A stretch of 64,000 bases of DNA from Diplonema japonicum. Its lineage: Eukaryota > Protista > Euglenozoa: Diplonemea. How positions within the stretch are numbered: position 1 is the stretch's first letter; each line of letters starts with the position of its first letter. Shown here one piece after another: positions 11,707 through 22,136 of the stretch. A program made the translations under genes and the position numbers. Location: the NCBI GenBank assembly GCA_964019335.1, contig OZ025669.1:248001-312000 (forward strand), written 5' to 3'. The notes beneath the pieces are model-generated. The model searched no databases. It was not told where the DNA came from and worked only from the letters and a program-made list of their open reading frames with translations.

Positions 11707-12459
11707 TCACCTTGTAAACTCGTACAATGTATTTGTCAGCCCGCACTCTGAACCATCGGGGGCTTGGACAGGGTCGCTTGACAGCACTGTGGGGGGTTTG
11801 TATTTGAATTGTTTAGCTGTTTCCATGATGAGTGATAGGATTTCAGTGTTCTCTTCGTCGGACCAAGCACGGGGAACATAAGACAGCAGAAAGGGCCCAG
11901 ATGGAGATAATCTTGCAGCGGTAGAAAACAACGGCGAAACAACACCTTTCGAGTAGATCACGTCAGAGGCAGTCACAGCGCCGTAGGGTGGTGTGAGCCG
12001 TGAGAGATGGTCTTCGTCGTCATAGAGAAGAATGCAGGGAGTGACGTTGGTGGTGTTGTTGAGAACAATGTTCGATCGAGCAGCTTCGACACATTCTTCA
12101 TTCCCGTCTGTTGTTGTGATTATAGAATCCGGTCTCAGCTTCGCGTAAGCTATGGACACAAGACCTACACCAGCTCCAAGTTCGACCATTGTTTTAAAGT
12201 CTCGTTTGGCAAGCTCTTTAAGCATTGCTCTCCCTGCGTCCCATACCATAAGTCCTGTGGAGTCGAGGCCGTTTAACAGGCCCACCGCATCGTCCAAAGG
12301 CAGACCCGTCAAGCATCTTATTTTTACTTCGGCGCCTTCTATCTGAAATTTCTTGTGGTTCAACACTCTTTCCCCCTCTACCATGTCATCCATGCCTATG
12401 GTCTTACCCTGCTTGGAGAATGAACCTTCTGCGGACATTTTTTTTCCCCCTTGATTCAT
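11707..12459 (-). CDS. METTL21/Methyltransf_16-family protein methyltransferase
   Basis: TGLMVWDAG, motif I VELGAGVGLVSI, TTTD, ASDVIY. The start could be 12459 or 12438. Confidence 0.88.
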   Translation of the reverse strand: MNQGGKKMSAEGSFSKQGKTIGMDDMVEGERVLNHKKFQIEGAEVKIRCLTGLPLDDAVGLLNGLDSTGLMVWDAGRAMLKELAKRDFKTMVELGAGVGLVSIAYAKLRPDSIITTTDGNEECVEAARSNIVLNNTTNVTPCILLYDDEDHLSRLTPPYGAVTASDVIYSKGVVSPLFSTAARLSPSGPFLLSYVPRAWSDEENTEILSLIMETAKQFKYKPPTVLSSDPVQAPDGSECGLTNTLYEFTR

Positions 12460-12570
12460 TTTGTTTTTCTTTCTTTTTTGATAGCAAAGTGTGGTGGGGG
12501 GGGGAGAATAAAAATCAGCAGCGAGAATCCCTCTGTGACAGATCATTGAGAATCGAATTTAAAAAGGAAA

Positions 12571-12601
<31 letters not shown>

Positions 12602-12754
12602 CGACGGTCGTTATACATAGGGGGGAGGGAAGGGAAGGGAAGGGAAGGGAAGGGGGGATTTACATGGGATTTCCTTCTAGTCTACACGGAGCCTCAGAAC
12701 CTTTTAAAAAAGGAAAATAAGAAAACCAGTTTGGGGTTTTATTTTTTTTTTTGA

Positions 12755-12799
12755 TGCGCCAACGAGCGGTATTTTACCTAATAAAATAGCTCATTACGC
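12755..12799. repeat. ~45-nt dispersed hairpin (copy 1)
   Basis: gagc-gg-tatttta-cctaa-taaaata-gctc stem-loop; second copy at 56987-57028. Confidence 0.75.
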
Positions 12800-13004
12800 A
12801 TATTGTAAAAACAAAACAAACAAAAAAAATAGCAGAAAAAAAAAAAGAAAATATTTCGTTTGTGCACACGGTCATACTACCTCCTTTTCTTTTTTTCTCT
12901 TCTGTTCTAACAAAAGAATCTATTCAGCACTTTGTTAAATTCAGTTTAAAAAAAAAAAAAAGCAACCAAGAAAATTACGGTATTTCGATACTAAACTCTA
13001 AGAT

Positions 13005-14828
13005 TCACACATTGATGCAGCTCCTGATTTCTTCGATGGGCTTGTGCTCCTCGAAGACGTCCTTCTTCTCATTCAGAAGCTTCAAGAGCTCAGGGTGCAT
13101 GTCCCTGGCCTCATCCTTTGTGATGTAGCCCCACTTCGTGTTCCTGAGGAGCCAAGTGATGGTCGTCTGCAGGTGCTTCACGCTAAAGGTAATGGGGTCC
13201 TTGTTCTCGTGTGCAGGGTCAAAGATGTCGAACCTCATTCCAAGAGAAGCGAACTCGGGCCAGCCACCGATATCATATTGGGCGTCGTTGACCCAGCTGT
13301 GCTTGAAGGTCGTCAGGAGCAAGATGTACCTGCACATTTGCTTCAGGTTTGCGAAGTTCCGCTTCTTGTTCTTAGGAGTGATTTTAGCGTTCTTGGTGAT
13401 GGGGCTCACAGCCACCTTGTAGTTCCCATTGTCGGGGTGCTTCGAAGTGGGCTTGTTGATCTCCCTGTCGCAGAACCAGACCTCGTCCCCCTGCGCCCCG
13501 TAGGGGTTTGCCTTGGCGACCAGCTCATCCGACATCAGTTTGATCTCCTCCCAGAACTCGATGATCTCTGCCTCGTGTTCGTCGAAGTACTTGTCCACGT
13601 GCTTCGTGCAGATGTCCCAGAACTCCTGCTGCAGCTTCGCGAAGTAGTGATTCTCGTTCATCTGCTTCCTCGGTGACCAGTCAGCCCAGTTCATCGCCCC
13701 GAAGGAGGCCTTGGCGGCGGTGGCACAAGACTCTTTGGACAGAGCAGAACCGAAAGGAACCAAAGCCATCACACCAGTGAGGAGGTTGTCAGCACCCTGG
13801 TTGATGCATACAGTGCCGTAGGTGTGCGGGAACAGCAAGTTGAAGATGGGGTTCCTCCTCACGTTCCTCATCATGGGAACGACGTACTGCTCGATGTTCA
13901 AATGAGTCCCGCCAAGGTGGGTCACGACCTCACCGAACAGGAAGTAGTTCATCCTCCACACCCTCTTTGCCTTGTCCCAGTTATCACCATCAGTCGGCTT
14001 GTAGACAACAGGCTTCCCAAGGCAAGCGTTCGCACCCCTCACCCAGGCACCGATCCTGTTCGTGATCTCAATGGACTCAACCTTGAGGTCGCCTGTGTCC
14101 TCGTTGTAGTTGTAAAAGGCGCTGCAGTTGGGCCCCCAGTAGTCACCGTCAAGCTCGATCCCGTCGTACTTGAAGTCGATGTACAGCCTGCCGTCTTTGT
14201 GCTTCTTGAAGAGGCAGGGGTTGAAGCCGTTCAGAGCAAGGTCCACGAATGCCGTGTCGCACCTGGCGTGACCGGGGTTGTCCAGGGACTTCTGCTTCAT
14301 CTTGCAGACAGGGGGGAAGAAGGCTTTCCCGACAGACCGGAACTTCCTCTTAGAGTATTCCTTTTCCCATGCCTTGTGCTGGTCCTGCATGAGGTGGTAG
14401 CCCTCTTCCTTGTCGATGTGCAGACGGGGGGTGTACGAAATGCCCTGGGGTCTGTACTCCCAGTACTTCACTTCGATGTCACCAAAGTCGAACTGGTCGA
14501 GAGTCACATTGTTGTGAATCTCAGGTTCGTACCCCTTCACCTCCACCTCCCTGTGCTCCAGATCTCCGTTCTTGTTGTACTTCGGCTGCCTGTCCAGCAC
14601 TTGGATCATCAAGTCAGGTCTGTCGAAGGCCCCTGCCTTGGCAGGGTCATAGGTGAAGGAGAACTTCCCGTCCATGTCGGTGTAAACGCCGTCCTTCGTC
14701 ATGGGGTCCGGCGAGCTGAAGATCCCATCGTCGTCAAGCAGCCTCACGTACATGTTGTGAAGGGGCTTGATCTTGCCACCGTTCATCTCCTTGCTGAAGA
14801 TGAGCCTACCAAAGGCGGTCCTCGACAT
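13005..14828 (-). CDS. Lipoxygenase copy 1 (607 aa, intronless, myxobacterial type, divergent paralog)
   Basis: Metal ligands in THLGGTH, HSWVN and the C-terminus SCINV; WDKAK; LLFPH..IN..A; N-terminal transthyretin-like beta domain. Confidence 0.93.
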   Translation of the reverse strand: MSRTAFGRLIFSKEMNGGKIKPLHNMYVRLLDDDGIFSSPDPMTKDGVYTDMDGKFSFTYDPAKAGAFDRPDLMIQVLDRQPKYNKNGDLEHREVEVKGYEPEIHNNVTLDQFDFGDIEVKYWEYRPQGISYTPRLHIDKEEGYHLMQDQHKAWEKEYSKRKFRSVGKAFFPPVCKMKQKSLDNPGHARCDTAFVDLALNGFNPCLFKKHKDGRLYIDFKYDGIELDGDYWGPNCSAFYNYNEDTGDLKVESIEITNRIGAWVRGANACLGKPVVYKPTDGDNWDKAKRVWRMNYFLFGEVVTHLGGTHLNIEQYVVPMMRNVRRNPIFNLLFPHTYGTVCINQGADNLLTGVMALVPFGSALSKESCATAAKASFGAMNWADWSPRKQMNENHYFAKLQQEFWDICTKHVDKYFDEHEAEIIEFWEEIKLMSDELVAKANPYGAQGDEVWFCDREINKPTSKHPDNGNYKVAVSPITKNAKITPKNKKRNFANLKQMCRYILLLTTFKHSWVNDAQYDIGGWPEFASLGMRFDIFDPAHENKDPITFSVKHLQTTITWLLRNTKWGYITKDEARDMHPELLKLLNEKKDVFEEHKPIEEIRSCINV

Positions 14829-15503
14829 CTTTTGATTGGTTTGTGTGGTCTGTGGTGTTATCTCAGTGGGAGAACATAAAAATGAAGAATGAAAAAAAAA
14901 GAAATAATTCTTTATGACTATATGTCTTTGTTGTTCGCACGAGCAAAAAAGGTTTTTTTAAAAGCTGCGAAAGTTTTTTGCTCGGCACAAGTTGCATATA
15001 GTTATAAAATCATTTTTTGAAAGATAAATATTTGTAACAAAAAAAAAAACACATTAACAGGACAAAGAAAACAAAAAGCTTTCTGCCGTGCCCTTGGCCC
15101 TTTCTTTTCACTACTGGAGGAAGAAACAAGAGATGTCTTTCGTCACATTCATCACAGGAACGCCTAACGGAAGGCTATAGCGCTTACCAATAGGATAATA
15201 GGCTCAAGGGACCACAAGCAGTTGCGCTTCCAAGCAACTTAGCAGAAAGGAGAACCACAAAAGAAAAAGAGCGCTACTCGAACATATAGCTATGTTAAGA
15301 AAATGAAAGAATAGAAGAGATACGTGAGTAAAAATACCTAAACACCAAAAAAAAAAAAAATAAGAGGAACTGGCTGTTGTTTAGACGTGCCACGGTAGAA
15401 ACCTGAAGGAGTTTACAACCCCGTAAACAAGTCAAAGAAAGAGTTGTTTGCATTCGAAAGACAAGGGGGAAAGCGAACGCAAAACCGATCGACACAAAAA
15501 AAA

Positions 15504-16941
15504 TTTGATAAATTTCGGTGTGCGGGTGGGTGCTCACCGTTCAGGGTGAAATTCACACTAATCGGTCACCGTTCTGCGGTTGCTGTCTGGTGCCTGCGGT
15601 GGCTGTTTGTCGCGATGAGATGGACGGCATCTGGGCGAGAAACATTGCTTGGAGTCGTGCTAGGTAGGGGGCGGTTTGGCTCGAGGAGAAGAGTGGTCTC
15701 CTGTCGTAGCCGTGTGTCGTCGGGCCCCCAAGATGTCGAAGGGTGTGTACCCTTGTCTTTGCGTTGGCGGGGAAAGCATTCTTCCCACTCTTTGCTGTGC
15801 ATTTCTGAATACGTCCTAAGATGTATCGCATCCTTCCAGCCTTCTCTGTGAGCCAGTCCTGGTCGTCGAGGGGTCCAGCCAAGGACTGCCGGGTGGCCTG
15901 CTCATAGTCTACTGCGAGCTCCATCGTCGTGACGGACGTCAACTTCCTGCCTGCGTACCATCTTAGGCTTTTCAGCCACCTGAGGACGCTCTTTATGTAA
16001 AACATTAGGACCTTTCCCGACGCTCCGTTCGATTTCAACAGCTCCACTGTGGGCACAGTGTGCTGCTTCCCCGTTGTGATCTCATCCCACGGGTTGGTGG
16101 TGAGGATTCTGGTGCTCCGTTCAGCCGCTCTGGCGTCTCGTCTTGACACGACATCCAACAGGTATCGTTGCACGACTGCCGCCTGTTGCTTCGCAGCCCC
16201 CGTTGCGCCCCTTGGAATGATCCCGTGGAGGGCGGTCACTGCAGGTAGGTCACTTCGTGTCATCCCGCCATATCTTTCGTTTGTCAGGGCAGCTCTCGCT
16301 GGTGCACATTCCCATAGGGCGTGCTCCGTGACTTCTGTCGTCGTCTGGCATCGATGGTCGCAGACGTCGCACGCAAGAGACGAGCTTTCCACACCCTCAC
16401 GTTCATCCAATTGCTTCCCCCACACTCGAGGGTGTACCGTGAACACTGCACCGCTGATGATCCGCCGCAGTCTGTACGATATCAGCGGTCTCCGTGACTG
16501 GAGCTTCCTCCACCAGGCGTTCGTGGACGGACATGCACCCGCTTCCATTCCAGCAAAAGACGACCTGCCGTGGATCAATTCCTTTGCAACAGCCGGTCTG
16601 ATCGCCTGTCTTACTTCATGGCGTCTCGCACTGGGCACCAGAGCGCGCAAACCTTCAATGAAGGACCACCCCTTGTTCAGGAAGGGTAGCCACCTCTTCA
16701 GCAAGACCCCTAGCGGCCCCCTCTCCTCGTCGTCCTCTCGCTCCCGGTACAGTGTAACAATCTCATTGACTCGCTGCCACAGCTGTGGGGAGGTGAGGCT
16801 TTCTCGCACCAGGCAGTTCACCGTGTTGTAAACAATCTTCGCTTGTAGATATGCTGTGTGTCCAGGTAACAGCACATTGAGCACAGCCATCGGGGATCTC
16901 ATCCTGAAGCGCGGTCCCCACAGGGAAGTCACCGTCGCTGT
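15504..16941 (-). mobile_element. 5'-truncated non-LTR retrotransposon (post-RT region with CCHC finger)
   Basis: Open frame 15553-16932 with CDVC...EHALWEC (zf-RVT-like). Absent from the homologous spacer at ~20010-20050. Its 3' ~293 nt match 22137-22429. Confidence 0.85.
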
Positions 16942-16966
16942 AAAAAAAAAAAAAGAAAAAAAAAAA

Positions 16967-17007
16967 CATATGAGTTAAAGGAGGCTGGTGTTGGCAGCGC
17001 CCTATTG
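16967..17007 (-). repeat. Short remnant of the atgag(a/t)taaagga element family
   Basis: atatgagttaaagga is shared with 19346; similar to 11057 and 45553. Confidence 0.55.
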
Positions 17008-17065
17008 AAAAAAAAGAAAACAGAAAAAATAGGAAAATACGTTCTTTTTTTTTTCTCTTTTTCCC

Positions 17066-18889
17066 CTACACATTGATGCAGCTCCTGATTTCTTCGATGG
17101 GCTTGTGCTCCTCGAAGACGTCCTTCTTCTCATTCAGAAGCTTCAAGAGCTCAGGGTGCATGTCCCTGGCCTCATCCTTTGTGATGTAGCCCCACTTCGT
17201 GTTCCTGAGGAGCCAAGTGATGGTCGTCTGCAGGTGCTTTATGCTGAAGGCCACAGGGTCCTTGTTCTCGTGTGCAGGGTCAAAGATGTCGAACCTCATT
17301 CCAAGAGAAGCGAACTCGGGCCAGCCACCGATGTCGAACTGGGAATCGTTGACCCAGCTGTGCTTGAAAGTCGTCAAGAGCAAGATGTACCTGCACATTT
17401 GCTTCAGGTTTGCGAAGTTCTGCTCCTTGTTCTCAGGTGTGATCTTGGCGTCCTTGGTGATGGGGCTCACAGCCACATGGCAGTGCCCAACATGGGGGTG
17501 CTCCGAAGTGGGCTTGTTGATCTCCCTGTCGCAGAACCAGACCTCGTCCCCCTGCGCCCCGTAGGGGTTTGCTTTGGCGACCAGCTCATCCGACATCAGT
17601 TTGATCTCCTCCCAGAACTCGATGATCTCTGCCTCGTGTTCGTCGAAGTACTTGTCCACGTGCTTCGTGCAGATGTCCCAGAACTCCTGCTGCAGCTTCG
17701 CGAAGTAGTGATTCTCGTTCATCTGCTTCCTCGGTGACCAGTCAGCCCAGTTCATCGCCCCGAAGGAGGCCTTGGCAGCAGTCGCTACAGACAGCTTGGA
17801 CAGAGCAGAACCGAGAGGAACCAAAGCCATCCCGCCAGTGAGGAGGTTGTCAGCACCCTCGTTGATGGACACAGTGCCGTAGGTGTGCGGGAACAGCAAG
17901 TTGAAGATGGGGTTCCTCCTCACGTTCCTCATCATGGGAACGACGTACTGCTCGATGTTCAAATGAGTCCCGCCAAGGTGGGTCACGACCTCACCGAACA
18001 GGAAGTAGTTCATCCTCCACACCCTCTTTGCCTTGTCCCAGTTATCACCATCAGTCGGCTTGTAGACAACAGGCTTCCCAAGGCAAGCGTTCGCACCCCT
18101 CACCCAGGCACCGATCCTGTTCGTGATCTCAATGGACTCAACCTTGAGGTCGCCTGTGTCCTCGTTGTAGTTGAAGAAGGCGCTGCAGTTGGGCCCCCAG
18201 TAGTCACCGTCAAGCTCGATCCCGTCGTACTTGAAGTCGATGTACAGCCTGCCGTCTTTGTGCTTCTTGAAGAGGCAGGGGTTGAAGCCGTTCAGAGCAA
18301 GGTCCACGAATGCCGTGTCGCACCTGGCGTGACCGGGGTTGTCCAGGGACTTCTGCTTCGTCTTGCAGACAGAGGGGAAGAAGGCTTCCCCGACAGCCAT
18401 CGCCTCCTTGTAGCGGCCCTCTCTGTCCCTCGCCTTGTGCTGGTCCTGCATGATGGGGTAGCCATTGGCTTTATCAATGTGCAGACGGGGGGTGTACGAA
18501 ATGCCCTGGGGCTTGTACTCCCAGTACTTCACTTCGATGTCACCAAAGTCGAACTGGTCGAGAGTCACATTGTTGTGAACCTCAGGTTCGTACCCCTTCA
18601 CCTCCACCTCCCTGGGCTCCAGATCACCGTTCTTGTTGTACTTCGGCTCCTTTTGCAACACCTGGATTTTCAGATCAGGTCTGTCGAAGGCCCCTGCCTT
18701 GGCAGGGTCATAGGTGAAGGAGAACTTCCCGTCCATGTCGGTGTAAACGCCGTCCTTCGTCATGGGGTCCGGCGAGCTGAAGATCCCATCGTCGTCAAGC
18801 AGCCTCACGTACATGTTGTGAAGGGGCTTGATCTTGCCACCGTTCATCTCCTTGCTGAAGATGAGCCTACCAAAGGCGGTCCTCGACAT
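17066..18889 (-). CDS. Lipoxygenase copy 2 (607 aa)
   Basis: Same motifs as copy 1. True start MSRTAF at 18889. Protein identical to copy 3. Confidence 0.93.
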   Translation of the reverse strand: MSRTAFGRLIFSKEMNGGKIKPLHNMYVRLLDDDGIFSSPDPMTKDGVYTDMDGKFSFTYDPAKAGAFDRPDLKIQVLQKEPKYNKNGDLEPREVEVKGYEPEVHNNVTLDQFDFGDIEVKYWEYKPQGISYTPRLHIDKANGYPIMQDQHKARDREGRYKEAMAVGEAFFPSVCKTKQKSLDNPGHARCDTAFVDLALNGFNPCLFKKHKDGRLYIDFKYDGIELDGDYWGPNCSAFFNYNEDTGDLKVESIEITNRIGAWVRGANACLGKPVVYKPTDGDNWDKAKRVWRMNYFLFGEVVTHLGGTHLNIEQYVVPMMRNVRRNPIFNLLFPHTYGTVSINEGADNLLTGGMALVPLGSALSKLSVATAAKASFGAMNWADWSPRKQMNENHYFAKLQQEFWDICTKHVDKYFDEHEAEIIEFWEEIKLMSDELVAKANPYGAQGDEVWFCDREINKPTSEHPHVGHCHVAVSPITKDAKITPENKEQNFANLKQMCRYILLLTTFKHSWVNDSQFDIGGWPEFASLGMRFDIFDPAHENKDPVAFSIKHLQTTITWLLRNTKWGYITKDEARDMHPELLKLLNEKKDVFEEHKPIEEIRSCINV

Positions 18890-18947
18890 CTTTTGATTGG
18901 TTTGTGTGGTCTGTGGTGTTATCTCAGTGGGAGAACATAAAAATGAA

Positions 18948-19340
18948 CTACGGCCCAGAAGGCTTCCGTCTCGCGTCCTACGACCCGGCTCGGCATACTG
19001 GTGATGCAAATCATTTAGTCTTTTGGAAGAAGGGTGCATATCAACCAGACAACAGACAACAAATTTGTCAAATATCTAGTAACGAAATGCCCGCCCAGAG
19101 AAAGCCCGACAATGAAGAGGCAGCCACTCAGGCGGACGACAAGGTAACGGTACTGATGGACGACGAGAAACAGGGAAAAGACAAGTAAGGGCCACAAGAA
19201 TGCGGTGAAGCGGAAGGAACAGACGGAGTGTTGAAGAAACAATCGGCATTGGTAGTGTCGCACACCATAAGGATCTCAGCACTTGCAGCAAGCACAATCT
19301 TTAACGGTAAGAACAACTATCGGACGATACTGGTGATCAC
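18948..19340. other. Unclassified segment replacing the upstream region of lipoxygenase copy 2
   Basis: Identity with the upstream regions of copies 1 and 3 ends at ...aaaaatgaa (18947). Contains an internal direct repeat atactggtgat. Confidence 0.5.
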
Positions 19341-19344
19341 AAAA

Positions 19345-19513
19345 TATATGAGTTAAAGGAAGTCTTTGTGAGACGCCCCCTTTCAGCAGCGGTTTCTCCT
19401 CCTTTGGTGGTCTTACAAATGATAGCAGCATGCTGAAGACGAGGAAATCACTTATGGGACAACAGAAATGGATTTGTCTCCATTATTCGGCCGCAGATAC
19501 ACCGGAAAGCAGT
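19345..19513 (-). mobile_element. Probable 3' end of an RTE-like non-LTR element
   Basis: Minus frame FRCICGRIMETNPFLLSHK* resembles a terminal C2H2 finger, followed by a short 3' UTR ending in the atgagttaaagga family motif. Confidence 0.4.
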
Positions 19514-20098
19514 AGGGGGGGGGGGGGGGGGGGAGGACACAAAAAAATAGAAAAAGAATAGAAAAGTGGTCATTCTCGCAAAGGATTGGGGGTGGGAAAC
19601 ATGGGATCAAAGAAAATGAAGAAGAGGAGGGCAGAGATCAAAGAAAGAAAAATAAAATCTTTTTCCCTCTTCTTTTTTTTTAAATTCACTTTCTTTTGGG
19701 GTTGTCGACTGTTCCTTTTTTTTTTTCTCTTTCGTTCTCTCACCTTTAATTTGAAAGAAGAAGAATAGAAGGAAATATAACAAGAGATATCCAGTGCATT
19801 GTCCTTATTCTTCCCTTTCAGAAAAGATAGAATTACAAGGGCCACAAACTTGTTGCGCTTTAAGCAACTCAAACAGAAACGAGAAAAAAGAGAAAAAAAG
19901 GAAGTAATCATAAAGACGTGAGTAAAAATGTTAAACGCCGGAGGAAGAACAAAAAAAAAAGAAAAAAAAAAGAGTCGTTTGCTTTCGGAAGACGAGGGAA
20001 GGGGGAAGCAAAACCGATCGAACTCAAAATAAAATAAAAAAATACAAAAATAAATGGGAAAATACGTTCTTTTTTTTTTTTTTTTTTTTCCTTACTCC

Positions 20099-21922
20099 CT
20101 ACACATTGATGCAGCTCCTGATTTCTTCGATGGGCTTGTGCTCCTCGAAGACGTCCTTCTTCTCATTCAGAAGCTTCAAGAGCTCAGGGTGCATGTCCCT
20201 GGCCTCATCCTTTGTGATGTAGCCCCACTTCGTGTTCCTGAGGAGCCAAGTGATGGTCGTCTGCAGGTGCTTTATGCTGAAGGCCACAGGGTCCTTGTTC
20301 TCGTGTGCAGGGTCAAAGATGTCGAACCTCATTCCAAGAGAAGCGAACTCGGGCCAGCCACCGATGTCGAACTGGGAATCGTTGACCCAGCTGTGCTTGA
20401 AAGTCGTCAAGAGCAAGATGTACCTGCACATTTGCTTCAGGTTTGCGAAGTTCTGCTCCTTGTTCTCAGGTGTGATCTTGGCGTCCTTGGTGATGGGGCT
20501 CACAGCCACATGGCAGTGCCCAACATGGGGGTGCTCCGAAGTGGGCTTGTTGATCTCCCTGTCGCAGAACCAGACCTCGTCCCCCTGCGCCCCGTAGGGG
20601 TTTGCTTTGGCGACCAGCTCATCCGACATCAGTTTGATCTCCTCCCAGAACTCGATGATCTCTGCCTCGTGTTCGTCGAAGTACTTGTCCACGTGCTTCG
20701 TGCAGATGTCCCAGAACTCCTGCTGCAGCTTCGCGAAGTAGTGATTCTCGTTCATCTGCTTCCTCGGTGACCAGTCAGCCCAGTTCATCGCCCCGAAGGA
20801 GGCCTTGGCAGCAGTCGCTACAGACAGCTTGGACAGAGCAGAACCGAGAGGAACCAAAGCCATCCCGCCAGTGAGGAGGTTGTCAGCACCCTCGTTGATG
20901 GACACAGTGCCGTAGGTGTGCGGGAACAGCAAGTTGAAGATGGGGTTCCTCCTCACGTTCCTCATCATGGGAACGACGTACTGCTCGATGTTCAAATGAG
21001 TCCCGCCAAGGTGGGTCACGACCTCACCGAACAGGAAGTAGTTCATCCTCCACACCCTCTTTGCCTTGTCCCAGTTATCACCATCAGTCGGCTTGTAGAC
21101 AACAGGCTTCCCAAGGCAAGCGTTCGCACCCCTCACCCAGGCACCGATCCTGTTCGTGATCTCAATGGACTCAACCTTGAGGTCGCCTGTGTCCTCGTTG
21201 TAGTTGAAGAAGGCGCTGCAGTTGGGCCCCCAGTAGTCACCGTCAAGCTCGATCCCGTCGTACTTGAAGTCGATGTACAGCCTGCCGTCTTTGTGCTTCT
21301 TGAAGAGGCAGGGGTTGAAGCCGTTCAGAGCAAGGTCCACGAATGCCGTGTCGCACCTGGCGTGACCGGGGTTGTCCAGGGACTTCTGCTTCGTCTTGCA
21401 GACAGAGGGGAAGAAGGCTTCCCCGACAGCCATCGCCTCCTTGTAGCGGCCCTCTCTGTCCCTCGCCTTGTGCTGGTCCTGCATGATGGGGTAGCCATTG
21501 GCTTTATCAATGTGCAGACGGGGGGTGTACGAAATGCCCTGGGGCTTGTACTCCCAGTACTTCACTTCGATGTCACCAAAGTCGAACTGGTCGAGAGTCA
21601 CATTGTTGTGAACCTCAGGTTCGTACCCCTTCACCTCCACCTCCCTGGGCTCCAGATCACCGTTCTTGTTGTACTTCGGCTCCTTTTGCAACACCTGGAT
21701 TTTCAGATCAGGTCTGTCGAAGGCCCCTGCCTTGGCAGGGTCATAGGTGAAGGAGAACTTCCCGTCCATGTCGGTGTAAACGCCGTCCTTCGTCATGGGG
21801 TCCGGCGAGCTGAAGATCCCATCGTCGTCAAGCAGCCTCACGTACATGTTGTGAAGGGGCTTGATCTTGCCACCGTTCATCTCCTTGCTGAAGATGAGCC
21901 TACCAAAGGCGGTCCTCGACAT
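20099..21922 (-). CDS. Lipoxygenase copy 3 (607 aa)
   Basis: As copy 2; true start at 21922. Confidence 0.93.
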   Translation of the reverse strand: MSRTAFGRLIFSKEMNGGKIKPLHNMYVRLLDDDGIFSSPDPMTKDGVYTDMDGKFSFTYDPAKAGAFDRPDLKIQVLQKEPKYNKNGDLEPREVEVKGYEPEVHNNVTLDQFDFGDIEVKYWEYKPQGISYTPRLHIDKANGYPIMQDQHKARDREGRYKEAMAVGEAFFPSVCKTKQKSLDNPGHARCDTAFVDLALNGFNPCLFKKHKDGRLYIDFKYDGIELDGDYWGPNCSAFFNYNEDTGDLKVESIEITNRIGAWVRGANACLGKPVVYKPTDGDNWDKAKRVWRMNYFLFGEVVTHLGGTHLNIEQYVVPMMRNVRRNPIFNLLFPHTYGTVSINEGADNLLTGGMALVPLGSALSKLSVATAAKASFGAMNWADWSPRKQMNENHYFAKLQQEFWDICTKHVDKYFDEHEAEIIEFWEEIKLMSDELVAKANPYGAQGDEVWFCDREINKPTSEHPHVGHCHVAVSPITKDAKITPENKEQNFANLKQMCRYILLLTTFKHSWVNDSQFDIGGWPEFASLGMRFDIFDPAHENKDPVAFSIKHLQTTITWLLRNTKWGYITKDEARDMHPELLKLLNEKKDVFEEHKPIEEIRSCINV

Positions 21923-22136
21923 CTTTTGATTGGTTTGTGTGGTCTGTGGTGTTATCTCAGTGGGAGAACATAAAAATGAAGAATGAAAAAAAAAAAATAA
22001 TTCTTTATGACTATATGTCTTTGTTGTTCGCACGAGCAAAAAAGGTTTTTTTAAAAGCTGCGAAAGTTTTTTGCTCGGCACAAGTTGCATATAGTTATAA
22101 AATCATTTTTTGAAAGATAAATATTTGTAACAAAAA

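Noticed and set aside
17066-22090. N-terminal extensions of LOX copies 2 and 3 (657 and 663 aa in the track)
   Set aside because: The extensions differ between copies and cross T-rich leader sequence; the shared start is MSRTAF.
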